The notes under the pieces: model-generated
The model's database searches: none
Seen by the model: only the letters and a program-made list of their open reading frames with translations
Told to the model about the DNA's origin: nothing
Made by a program: the position numbers and the translations under genes
NCBI GenBank assembly: GCA_002269645.1
Contig: NIVC01000013.1
Location: 992,001-1,056,000, forward strand
DNA from: Macrostomum lignano
Lineage: Eukaryota
Length of the DNA stretch: 64,000 nt
Direction of reading: 5' to 3'
In this document: positions 17,705-29,525 of the stretch, one piece after another
Position numbering within the stretch: the first letter of the stretch is position 1
Layout: each line of letters opens with the position of its first letter

Positions 17705-20700
17705 TCAACAGGCGCCGTGAAGTGGCGGCAGTCTGACGGTCTGTGGATGGTCAGACTCTTGGCCTTCACGATCCTGCTGCTGCTGCTGCTCAACTGCTTG
17801 TTGCAGACTCTGGTGGTCTGCGCTACTAGGGTTCGGTGTCGGATTGCCTGGCACTATTGGTAGGCTGTATCTGGAAAATTGAGTAATATAATTATTTGAA
17901 ATAAAAAAAAATGAAAAGACATTTATAAATGTATATGCTATAAATATGTCAACGAATGCATCAATTAGGGTAGTCGTGAGGTGCAGGGTTGAAAGGAGAT
18001 GCAGAGCCTGAGGTAGGGAGGTACACTGACTTAGAGAGAGGTGCAGGGTTGTAGGGAGGCGCAGGGTTGCAGAGAGATGCAGGGTTGCAGGAAGATGAAG
18101 GACCAGATATAGGGAGGTGCAGGTAGAGAAAGGTGTAGGGTTACAGAGAAACGCAGGGTTGCAGGGAGCTGGAGAGTTGCATTTGAGCTGAAGGGTTGCA
18201 GCTGAGAGGCAGGGTTGCAGTTAAGACGCAGGGTTGCAGTTGAGACGCAGGGTTGCAGGGAGACGCAGGGTTGCAGTTGAGACGCAGGGTTGCAGTTGAG
18301 ACGCAGGGTTGCAGTTAAGACGCAGGGTTGCAGTTGAGACGCAGGGTCGCAGTTGAGACGAAGGGTTGAGGGAGACGCAGGGTTGCAGGGAGACGCAGGG
18401 TTGCAGGGAGACGCAGGGTTGCAGTTGAGACGCAGAGTTGCAGTTAAGACGCAGGGTTGCAGTTGAGACGCAGGGTCGCAGTTGAGACGAAGGGTTGAGG
18501 GAGACGCAGGGTTGCAGGGAGACGCAGGGTTGCAGGGAGACGCAGGGTTGCAGGGAGACGCAGGGTTGCAGTTGAGACGCAGGGTTGCAGTTGAGACGCA
18601 GGGTTGCAGTTGAGACGCAGGGTTGCAGTTGAGACGCAGGGTTGCAGTTGAGACGCAGGGTTGCAGTTGAGACGCAGGGTTGCAGTTGAGACGAAGGGTT
18701 GCAGTTGAGACGAAGGGTTGCAGTTGAGACGCAGGGTTGCAGTTGAGACGCAGGGTTGCAGTTGAGACGCAGGGTTGCAGTTGAGACGCAGGGTTGCAGT
18801 TGAGACGCAGGGTTGCAGTTGAGACGCAGGGTTGCAGTTGAGACGCAGGGTTGCAGTTGAGACGCAGGGTTGCAGTTGAGACGAAGGGTTGCAGTTGAGA
18901 CGAAGGGTTGCAGTTGAGACGCAGGGTTGCAGTTGAGACGCAGGGTTGCAGTTGAGACGCAAAGTTGTAGGGAGACGCAAAGTTTTAGGGTGACGTAGGG
19001 TTGCATTTAGAGCACACAGGGGTACAAAAACTATATATATTACTAGGCTATACCTGACAACGGCTTGCGGCTCCAAGAGCGGCTGCGGTCGATGCCTGCT
19101 TTGCCGGTGCCGGTGCTGCTGCTGTTGCTGCTGCTGTTGCTGCTGCACAGCGGCCTGAGCGCTGCTCGCCTCTCCGACATTGCCGACAGGCGGCGTCGGT
19201 TTCGGCGGCGACTGACCCGCCGCGGCGGAGCGCTGACGCCGACTGTTGCCGACAACGTCAGAGTAGGCTGGCGGCGGCGTCGGCGGCGGCTGATGCCGGG
19301 AGAAACATGCAGAGTCTCCGACAACGGCGCCATCAAGATTCCAGGCATTCGACGAAGGATCGTTACTATGACCATGCCGTCTTCGATGATGATTCGATGA
19401 TGTCGAGCGGCCAAGCCGGACAACTCGCATCAGTGAGGATGCCGACTGCGGTTCTGTCAAGGACCCGCCAGCCGCGGCGCCGCCAGCCAGATGTCGATGT
19501 CGTTGCAGTTGGCGCTGCCGGCGCCGATGGGAGCGGGCGGTGAGCGCGGCAAAGCCCAGGCCGATCAGAGCGACAGCGGCCAGGCAGACGCCGGCGAGGC
19601 TGGCCACGACATTCAACGAGGACGAGGATGATGATCGACTATCGACATCGCCGTTATCGACAGGCGACAAGCCCGTGTCGGTTCCAGACGACGTCAAGGC
19701 GGACTCCCCTTCGTTCGGCCGCCGGCTGGTAGAGGTCGGACAGGCCACGGACAGCGGCACGCAGGTGCGACCATCGCGGCACAGAGTTCGAGGCCGCAGT
19801 CCGTCCCGCCGCTCGCCGTCCTGACTGTCCAGCCTGAGCAGGCAGGAGCGCAGGCTGGTGGGGCCCAGGCTGCAGTTGACGTCGGGGCCGCAGGCGCTCA
19901 GTCCGGGAAGCTTCTTGCAGACAGGCAGGACGCATAGGCCGAGCTTGGGGCAGGATTCGAACCCGGCACCACTTAGCTTGCGACAGTTTGGTGGGAACGA
20001 TCGAGTGTCCGAAGCTACGGAGAAGAAATTGTACTGCAGCACCAGATGGTTCTTCGACTCGCTGGAGTTGCCACGGAGCCGGATGTACATAGGCTGAGAG
20101 GACACGAAGCTTCGCTCCGGCTGCCCCAATGCGGCCTTGGAGGTCACGCGGCCAACCAGAGAGGCCGCTGACGTGCTACCGTCTTGTACCTGGAATACAT
20201 TAATAAAGTTATAACTTAACTGGTTTGGTACTGCAATCACAATCACACTGGTCCTCAGCTAGTTGGGCCGCTACAATCACATTGATCCTCAGCTAGTTGG
20301 GCCGCTACAATCACACTGATCCTCAACAGGTTGGGCAGCTACAATCACACTGGTCCTCAACAGGTTGGGCCGCTACAATCACACTGATCCTCAACAGGTT
20401 GGGCCGCTACAATTACACTGGTCCTCAACAGGTTGGGCCGCTACAATTACACTGGTCCTCAACAGGTTGGGCCACTACAATCACACTGGTCCTCAGCTAG
20501 TTGGGCCGCTACAATCACATTGATCCTCAGCTAGTTGGGCCGCTACAATCACATTGATCCTCAGCTAGTTGGGCCGCTACAATCACACTGATCCTCAGCT
20601 AGTTGGGCCGCTACAATCACACTGATCCTCAACAGGTTGGGCCGCTACAATTACACTGGTCCTCAACAGGTTGGGCCGCTACAATTACACTGGTCCTCAA

Positions 20701-23352
20701 CAGGTTGGGCCGCTACAATCACACTGGTCCTCAGCTAGTTGGGCCGCTACAATCACATTGGTCCTCAACTGGTTGGGCAGCTACAATCACACTGGTTCTC
20801 AACGAGTTGGGCCGCTACAATCACACTGGTCCTCAACTGGTTGGGCAGCTACAATCACATTGGTCCTCAACTGGTTGGGCAGCTACAATCACACTGGTCC
20901 TCAACGAGTTGGGCCGCTACAATCACACTGGTCCTCAACTGGTTGGGCCGCTACAATCACACTGGTCCTCAACTGGTTGGGCAGCTACAATCACACTAGT
21001 CCTCAACTGGTTGGGCAGCTACAATCACACTGGTCCTCAGCTAGTTGGGCCGCTACAATCACATTGGTCCTCAACTGGTTGGGCCGCTACAATCACACTG
21101 GTCCTCAACTGGTTGGGCCGCTACAATCACACTGGTCCTCAGCTAGTTGGGCCGCTACAATCACACTAGTCCTCAACTGGTTGGGCCGCTACAATCACAC
21201 TAGTCCTCAACTGGTTGGGCCGCTACAATCACACTAGTCCTCAACTGGTTGGGCCGCTACAATCACACTGGTCCTCAACTGGTTGGGCCGCTACAATCAC
21301 ACTAGTCCTCAACTAGTTAGGCAGCTACAATCACACTAGTCCTCAACTAGTTGGGCAGCTACAATCACACTAGTCCTCAACTAGTTGGGCAGCTACAATC
21401 ACACTAGTCCTCAACTGGTTGGGCCACTACCAACCCCCAAAGCAGCTGAAAACTCACCTCCATATCGTACTGAAGAGAATCCACAACAGACTTCTGAACC
21501 CTCAGACGCATCCAAGCTTTCGTACCGGTTGGCGGCCGAAGGACCCAAACGCAATCGAAATGCCGCCACACTTTACCGACCAAGGACACCGAGTCAGCTG
21601 TGTACTGCAACCAGCCACAGCTGCTCCATGGCTTTTCCAACCACGAGATGCTGGCGTAGTGCAGTAGTTTCAAATCGATTCGAAATCCTTCGTAATCAGC
21701 GTTTTTAGCCATTGAAACTTTAGCCGGAACCTGAAGTTGGGGAGGGGCAGTGGGAAGTTCAATTGAAAGAATTTGTGTACCTCTTAAATAAAGACCAAAT
21801 CTTACAGAATGCATACTCCGATGGGGTGTTAGTAAGACTCAGCACATTGAAGTGGGTATGTTAGTGACAGACTGAGCACATTGAAGTGGGTATGTTAGTG
21901 ACAGACTGAGCACATTGAGGTGGGTATGTTAGTGAGACTGAGCACATTGAGGTGGGTATGTTAGTGAGACTGAGCACATTGAAGTGGGTATGTTAGTGAC
22001 AGACTGAGCACATTGAGGTGGGTATGTTAGTGAGACTGAGCACATTGAGGTGGGTATGTTAGTGACAGACTGAGCACATTGAAGTGGGTATGTTAGTGAC
22101 AGACTGAGCACATTGAGGTGGGTATGTTAGTGACAGACTGAGCACATTGAGGTGGGTATGTTAGTGACAGACTGAGCACATTGAAGTGGGTATGTTAGTG
22201 ACAGACTGAGCACATTGAGGTGGGTATGTTAGTGACAGACTGAGCACATTGAAGTGGGTATGTTAGTGACAGACTGAGCACATTGAAGTGGGTATGTTAG
22301 TGACAGACTGAGCACATTGAAGTGGGTATGTTAGTGACAGACTGAGCACATTGAAGTGGGTATGTTAGTGACAGACTGAGCACATTGAAGTGGGTATGTT
22401 AGTGACAGACTGAGCACTTTGAAGTGGGTATGTTAGTGACAGACTGAGCACATTGAAGTGGGTATGTTAGTGACAGACTGAGCACATTGAAGTGGGTATG
22501 TTAGTGACAGACTGAGCACATTGAAGTGGGTATGTTAGTGACAGACTGAGCACATTGAAGTGGGTATGTTAGTGACAGACTGAGCACATTGAAGTGGGTA
22601 TGTTAGTGACAGACTGAGCACATTGAAGTGGGTATGTTAGTGACAGACTGAGCACATTGAGGTGGGTATGTTAGTGACAGACTGAGCACATTGAGGTGGG
22701 TATGTTAGTGACAGACTGAGCACATTGAGGTGGGTATGTTAGTGACAGACTGAGCACATTGAGGTGGGTATGTTAGTGACAGACTGAGCACATTGAGGTG
22801 GGTATGTTAGTGAGACTGAGCACATAGCACACAGAGGGGCAGTACTCAAGTGTGTGCACACAATAAAGGCCAACAAATAGTTTGCAAGAAACTGTCATAA
22901 AAAAATCGAACCTCAACTCGCCGAGCGGTGGAGCTGTCGGTACCAGATTCAGTGTCCGGATGGAACACAACAGTGAGCACGCCAGAGTCAGCTGTCAGGG
23001 CAGTCCGGCGCCAATAATCCGCCCCAGACTCGTACCTGACTATTAAACTTATGTTTGCTGTCAAACGAAATGCCGGAAAATCGCCGTCATATAATTCTAA
23101 ACGACTATTAGGGTGGAGGCGCAGGTCGCTGAATAATATGCGCAGGTGCGCGGGCTTCTGCAGGGTCCAGCGCACCTGCCAGACGGTCGGCTTAAGCGTC
23201 ATCGCGTACGGATTAGGAAATCCGGCCGATTGTAATACGGCACTGTCTCCAGTGTGCGCCAGGTTTATAATTATCGGCTCAGTTGCTGCGGTGCTCGCAG
23301 CTGAGAGCGAGACAGATAACAATAAATAGGGCAAAATCACAGGCAGGGACAT
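17705..23352 (-). CDS. Type I membrane protein with two CUB domains, Cys-rich/LDLa-like region, TM helix and cytoplasmic PPxY (LRP3/10/12- or NETO-like architecture), about 671 aa
   Basis: Exons 23352-22912 (signal peptide [31 protein letters not shown]1; the GTTCGA donor is the least certain junction), 21730-21458 ([12 protein letters not shown]2), 20189-19054 (VQDG...; [14 protein letters not shown]; [25 protein letters not shown]; PPPAY), 17870-17705 (stop TGA). Phases 0,0,2 are compatible. Confidence 0.85.
18185..19010. repeat. 19-bp minisatellite (GCAGGGTTGCAGTTGAGAC) in last intron of the CUB gene
   Basis: Tandem copies; explains the spurious C-terminal tail of the 600-aa ORF. Confidence 0.96.
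20235..21432. repeat. 34-bp minisatellite (GGTTGGGCCGCTACAATCACACTGGTCCTCAACT) in CUB gene intron 2
   Basis: About 35 tandem copies. Confidence 0.97.
21836..22826. repeat. 34-bp minisatellite (GAGCACATTGAAGTGGGTATGTTAGTGACAGACT) in CUB gene intron 1
   Basis: About 29 tandem copies. Confidence 0.97.
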
Positions 23353-23544
23353 CTGGAATTGTATTGTTCGATTAGGCAAGACTGTAAAAAACATATTAGG
23401 ATAAAAAAACTGCCTAAATATACCTATAATACTTCTGTACTTCTGATTCTATTTGGAAGTGAATTAAAGGATAGCTTAGCTCGTATGAGTTAGTTAGGGG
23501 TGCAGGGGGATCTGCAGCTTATGTACATTGGGGTTGGCTGATTT

Positions 23545-23686
23545 GGGGCTTATGTACATTTCGGTGAGACTGATTTGAGGCTTATGTACATTTCGGTGAG
23601 ACTGATTTGAGGCTTATGTACATTTCGGTGAGACTGATTTGAGGCTTATGTACATTTCGGTGAGACTGATTTGAGGCTTATGTACA
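23545..23686. repeat. 32-bp tandem repeat (GGCTTATGTACATTTCGGTGAGACTGATTTGA), about 4 copies
   Basis: Read directly in the AASDH-CUB intergenic gap. Confidence 0.9.
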
Positions 23687-24011
23687 GTAGATGGTGATGA
23701 TTAGAGGCATATTTACTGTATTGCAGGGCTGTGTAGAGATCATTCGAAGAATTGGCTGTGAAAAAAATTATGGGCCCTGCATATAATTCAGCTCAAAGCT
23801 AAACTTTTATTGATAACTAAATTTAATACAGAAGTAAAAAATATTTTTAATTGCTGTTAAAAAGAATTATTTGTATATAATTAAAAATTTATTAAAGCAC
23901 TAATAACTGGCGGAAAAATATGTAGAAATTCACCAGAACCGCGAAGAACATAACGTTTCGTTAAGCAATAATTTCAAGCGTTGGATAATTAGGAAAACTA
24001 ACGCGCACGGA

Positions 24012-27000
24012 TCAATGATGAGGCAGTCGCAAACAATATAGAAAATTGTCGCGACAGCCAAGCAAAACTTGACGACCTTGCCAGTCGGAAAAGAAAACTG
24101 GAGTAGTAAAACAGGGTCCTGGCAAACTGTAGGACCATTTTAGGTCTAATTGCGCTGCCCTGGCTGAGTGAGTTATTGGTGGCTCCTTTGATCTTGTTTT
24201 AGAGTGAGCTATCGGCGACTCCCTTGATCTTGTGTCTGATTGGGTTATCGGCGGCTCCTGTGATCTTGTGTCTGAATGAGCTATCGGCGGCTCCTTTGAT
24301 CTTGTGTCCGTGTGAGCTATCGGCGGTTCTTTTGATCGTGTGTCTGAGTGAGCTATCGGCGGCTCCTTTGATCTTGTGTCTGAGACATCTATCGGCGGCT
24401 CTTTGGATCTTGTTTCAGAGTGAGCTTTCGACGGCTTCTTTGATCTTTTGTCTGAGTTAGGGACTCCTTCAGCAGATAGTGACTGACTATTTAACCGAGA
24501 ATCGCAACACAAACGCAGCAAAGAGACGCCACCGCCAGTATCAGTAATGACTAAGAGAGCTGATTTCAATTGATCATCCACGACAAGCGGTTCCGAAACA
24601 ACCGGTCCATTCAAATGAATACTGCACAGCCGTTGCCCGCTTCTCGGTTCTAGACAGTGCAATCTTCCGTTGCTACAGGCAACCACAAGCAGACCGCTGG
24701 CAATAACGATGGGCGCTGGAGCAGCTGAATCCAGCGAGTAGCGCCACAATATCCGACCGCTACTCATAGCAACTGAGGCCACTTTACCGTCGGCTAGGCC
24801 AACTATTGCAACAGTCGATGACAAACCGAGACAGGGTCGGTGTAAACAAGGCGAGCCAAGGTCAACGCGCCAGCGAAGACCTTCACCAGCTGGCCAGGCC
24901 AACAAGAGTAACCGACCAGAGAGACAAGCAACTAAAGTGCCGCGACTGTCGCCGTCAATCGACACCAAATCAGCCACCGGTCCCGAGCGCGGAGGCAGAC
25001 GGATGACGGTACCAACTTGGGCTTGTCGAGACAAACTGATCGCGCGCAAGCTGGCATCGTGGCATCCAACAACTAGTAGATCGGCGTCCCAGACAACCGG
25101 CCTGGGAGCTCGACGAACTCTACTGGGCAAGTCTAAGCACCACTGGGTGCTTCCGTCCTCCTGAGATAGGAAATCAATCTGACTACGACCGTCGATGTCT
25201 AGTACAACGATCAGGAGCCGCCCACCGTCTAGAGAGCCGGTCAGGGCGCAGTCCACCTTGCCCCCGGCTGGCAGGCTTCGCGACCAACGAACGCTGCCAT
25301 CGACAGGCGACACTGCCGCAACAGTGCCATCAAAGCCGGCGCTAAAGACGCTGCTTTTGCAAGAAGAAACATATGCGTCAGAATCGACGCAGCTACCAAG
25401 GTTCAAACGCCAGGCAACGATAGATTCAATCTTAGGAGAAGGCACATAGTTAGTTGCAGCCACGGGATTAGGGTTGTCATTTCCGCTAGAAAACTTTGAC
25501 ATCGCAGCACGATTGACAAGCTGATTAAATGTCCAGCCAATTATTTGGTCGGCCACCGATGACAGGCCAAGTCTGGCAGCCAGTCGAACAGCTCCAAGAG
25601 AGTCGCCGCCGCACTGGGCAAATGTGGCCGCACCAGATGACGATAAAGTTGGAACCGAGCCAGTGTGCAAAGCCCACAAACTTTGGGCTAGATCATAAAT
25701 GCCACTATCAGAGTTTTCTAACTCGAGCCTACGCCGCTCCCGTCTCAGTGTAGCCAAAAGATCCGCTTTACCATTAGGCGTCAGAGCAAAGCCAGTCTCA
25801 GGGGCCAGCACCATTACCTCATCTGGCAAGCCGCGCCTACCACCAGGTAAGTAATTGTCAGCACGCTGACCAATCGCAGCCAATAGCGCCAGCTGCTGGG
25901 TGGCGATGAATCTACCTGAAGAATCGGCCAGTAGTCGAACCAAACAGACAATGAAACCGGTAGACGGCTCAGCCACACTATGCGCCTCCATAGCAGTTGG
26001 AAATTCTGGATAAAGACCAGCAGACAGCAGTGCATCAAGAGCTTCAGGACACAGTAAAACGCCGAAACGTTTCACTCGACGATCGATACGACCGAGGAAC
26101 AACAGCCGGCCAGTAGCCGGGTACAATCTAGCTAAATCACCGCTCCGATGCCAGATTCCATCATCGCTAACAGCATCAGCTGAGGAGGCAACCCAGCATC
26201 GCACTCCAGCTCGCGACATCCAAATCTCGCCTTGTAGCAAAGCTGATGAAGCGGCTTTAATAGTAGAGTCAAACGATGAGATGCGTTTTCCAGCATCGTC
26301 AAGAAGTATCCAACCGCGACTGGAATCAACAATTTCTGCTAAAGGTCGCCCAGTTTCCGAGTCAACTAATCTTAGCCAGGTGTCTTTCAGTGGTTGGCCG
26401 AGAGATACGGATACTTCGTCCAGTCCCGGCTCAAGACTGAAAGAAGAAAAAGGAAAGACAGTCACTAACGGGCAGTAGACATCTAAAACAGGATATAATT
26501 ACAAAGGTCAAATCTCCAGTCTCCACCCCTACCCAAAACAGCACCGAAATCTCCACCCGACAAACCAGAACAGCAGTCTCTACCCCTGACCAAACCAGAA
26601 CAGTAGTCTCTACCCCTAACCAAACCAGAACAGCAGTCTCTATCCCTGACCAAACCAGAACGGAAATCTCCATCCCTGACCAAACCAGAACGGAAATCTC
26701 CATCCCTGACCAAACCAGAACAGAAATCTCCATCCCTGACCAAACCAGAACGGAAAGCTTCACTAACACTAACTAGCAGCCCAAGACAACACAAGCCAAA
26801 AGGAATAATCCCGTCAAGTACGAACCGATGCGCGGAGGCCCAGACAGACAGCTCGGTAGCGCCATAGAGATTAACCACGTCAATATGTTTGCCCAACCGC
26901 TGAAAGCTAGCCAGCAGAGGTTGCAGAGCCAGCAAAGGAGGACATGGCTCGCCTCCCAGCATCAGACATTGTAGCTGGCAATTAATGTCATTAAAAAAAT

Positions 27001-28105
27001 AGCCTCTATCTAACAGTTGCATCAGTTGAGACGGCGTTGTTTGCAAGTGCGTCACCGATGTCACAGCAGACGATGGTCGCATCCTGTCGGCAGTGACAAC
27101 CAGACAGCAACCAGCGTAGCGGGAACAGAAAATTTCCACTATACTGGGATCAAAATCTAACGGACTCGACCAGAGAAGTCGAGAGTTTGATTTCAAGCGC
27201 ATGACTTCATCGGCCAGACAGACAATATTCGACGCGACACAAGAGTCCGGAACGCCAACTAATTTAGGCTGACCAGTAGAACCCGATGTTTGAATACAGT
27301 AAGCGAATTTGCTAGCAACATTTTCTGAGGACAATGGAATTTGTTTAATCCGCTGTTCAAGTTGACCCAAAATCAGGTGCAGATAGAGACTGGCTGACAG
27401 ACCTGCGGTGCCGTCCTGCGGGTTGACACGAATCGGCATTGTAGAGATGTTATTCACTGTTTTTGCGCCAAACAATATGGACCAACGGGCCAAATCTAAG
27501 AAGCCCCCAGAGCCCAGAAAGCACTTCGGCAATGTAAGCTGTAAACTTCACAAGGTAAAAATATCACATCGTCGAAAAGTCTTTCTAGTCATTTCCGCTA
27601 GCTCACTGCATAAATGATTTCCCTTGATAAATGTGCACTAACAGACCTGTACATCAATGCGCATCACTCGAACCGCAATGCCTTCGCCACCAGCTTTATT
27701 CGTTGACTGCTCAACATAGCGCCAAGCGGCAAACAACCGTACACCAAGCCGACTACACGCTGTGAGCACGGAGGAAAAGTCTTGAGTTTTAATTGGCACA
27801 AAAGTCAATGCAGATTTAACAGCTGCCACTAATAATAGAGGCGTCAAATAGTGAAACTCGCTGGCGTCAATGCCAAGCATGACAGCATCTGATTCGGCTA
27901 TCGAATAACGTTCTGCTTCAGTTTTAACTGACTGCAGACACTCTGTCAGGTGGTTAATTATACCCGAACAGAAGGCATGCTTTAACGCAAGACTGGGTTG
28001 CGTGGACCCCGACGGCCAGTATTCAATTTCAACAGCTGATGGCGAGTCACTAGCCACGCTCGGCTCATCGTCACACTGACGATCGAGAAGATTAGCGAGG
28101 CGCAA
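24012..28105 (-). CDS. AASDH: NRPS-like beta-alanine-activating enzyme (adenylation - thiolation - PQQ-type beta-propeller)
   Basis: Exons 28105-27647, 27538-26826, 26436-24012 (phases 0 and 2 compatible). A-domain motifs YCIQTSGSTGQPK, FDPS, LGGE, NLYGATE, SGDL, GRIDRRVKRFG, PNGKAD; carrier motif GGDSL; C-terminal WD/PQQ-like blades ending GCRDNFLYCL. No in-frame ATG at the 5' acceptor. Confidence 0.92.
24165..24445 (-). repeat. 39-bp (13-aa, HSDTRSKEPPIA-type) tandem repeat, in frame within the AASDH propeller region
   Basis: About 7 degenerate copies with no stop codon; may lie in a cryptic 342-nt intron (24487-24146). Confidence 0.9.
26510..26757. repeat. 30-bp minisatellite (CTCCATCCCTGACCAAACCAGAACGGAAAT) in AASDH intron
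   Basis: About 8 copies inside the inferred intron 26825-26437. Confidence 0.92.
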
Positions 28106-28574
28106 CTGAAACAAATTATTTCAATTTTTATGTTCGGAAATAGTAATCCGGCAGTAAAATATTGTAATCAAATAAAATTTACAGAACAATACAATAAATT
28201 AACTAATTTCAGACTACAAATAGACTGGAATTCCTTCTGTCGAATTTCACTTAAGCAAATCAAAACTTCAAAGCATTAAATTTTAATGTTTAATCAAGAA
28301 GTATTGTCCCACACTGTGCACTTATTATTCAATGCTTTGAAGTCATTATTTAAGGCTTCTAACAATACATTCATGAGACAATGTGCTTGTGCATATGGTT
28401 CTGTCATAGACAATGATTAATTTTTCACAAGTGACGAACAATTGCGAATACAATTGCAATCCTTTAATAATCCATAGATATAAAGATTTTCTGTGACAAT
28501 GTTTGTGTTCTCCGGGATTTTATTTGGTAATATTCAATAATATCCCGTAAAGTCTATGTCTATGTTTTATACGA

Positions 28575-28673
28575 GATTACACATGCCTTTTTCAGGAGTT
28601 ATTTTCATAAATCCCTCGGGCCTCAGGCCCTTGTGATTTATACAAATAACTCCCTCAAAAGGCATGTTTAATC
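28575..28673. repeat. Imperfect long hairpin (about 40-bp arms around GGGCCTCAGGCCC)
   Basis: ACATGCCTTTT..GGAGTTATTT..ATAAATC pairs with GATTTAT..AAATAACTCC..AAAAGGCATGT; the inner stem GGGCC/GGCCC closes a TCA loop. Confidence 0.8.
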
Positions 28674-28829
28674 TGATACTTAACTCCTAGACTACGTTGA
28701 TGAGTTCATGCCATAGACACAGTTTGCGGCTTGGCCTGCTCTGCCACACTGGACCTTGGCTACATTGTTTGCAACAGCTAGTTTAGATTGCATTGCCTAG
28801 CAGATTACCTGCTGCATCACAGCACACTG

Positions 28830-29525
28830 CTGACCTGCACAGTGCATGCAACCCACGGTGTCCCCTGTCCCCATTGAACTGAGAGAACAGGCCATGTCTG
28901 CTCTAGGCTATGCCTTCATACATAGTGGCAACATACTTGCTATGAAGTATGTCATTAGAAAGGCATCTGGTACAAAGACAGTGTATTTTATTGATACCAA
29001 AAATGCCGCCACTATTCAACATGTTCACGATACCATTCAAGGAAATCATGAAGTTGTAGACCTCAAGCCTTTAACAGCAATATTGTACAATAGCTTCATA
29101 GGCAGTGTTGATAAGCTGGACTCTGGCTTATAGCCATACAGCCCAAACAAGACACAAAAATTGTTTGCCAAGCTAGGGGCCCACTTTTCTTGGTCCTTTT
29201 CAGAAATGGTTGGGTCGTGTACCAGTCCCATGGCAACTTGCATGACTTCCTAAAATTCTTGGAAGTAACTATCAAGGGCTTTATCTGGACTACTGGACCT
29301 GCATGGAGCCAGCAAACTCAAGCATAGCCTGGCATAGGAGCCAATATATAGACAACAGCATCTCCTGAAGCACCTCTGCCTAACAGATGCCCAGGCTTGG
29401 CCAGCCAAGTATTGTAGACAGTGTTACAAGAGTGGCTGAGTCAAGAAAACTGTCTTTTGTTGCAATCACTGCCAGGGTAATTTAGGGCTTTGTGCTGTGC
29501 CCTGCTTTAGAGATTGGCATGCCAA
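28830..29525 (+). mobile_element. Degraded piggyBac transposase (3' part)
   Basis: YNSFIGSVDKLD matches the piggyBac YNxxMGGVDxxD motif; a downstream CRQC...C..C...LC..PCF-like Cys-rich C-terminal remnant is present; several stops and frameshifts. Confidence 0.75.

Noticed and set aside
18221-19053. C-terminal [17 protein letters not shown] repeats of the 600-aa ORF
   Set aside because: They lie beyond the AG|GTATAG donor at 19054/19053, inside the 19-bp intronic array.
26483-26825. FRSGLVRDGD repeat as part of the AASDH A-domain
   Set aside because: The ORF runs into a stop; phase-compatible splice sites (26825, 26437) remove it and restore SAHR|LEPG...LGQPL continuity.
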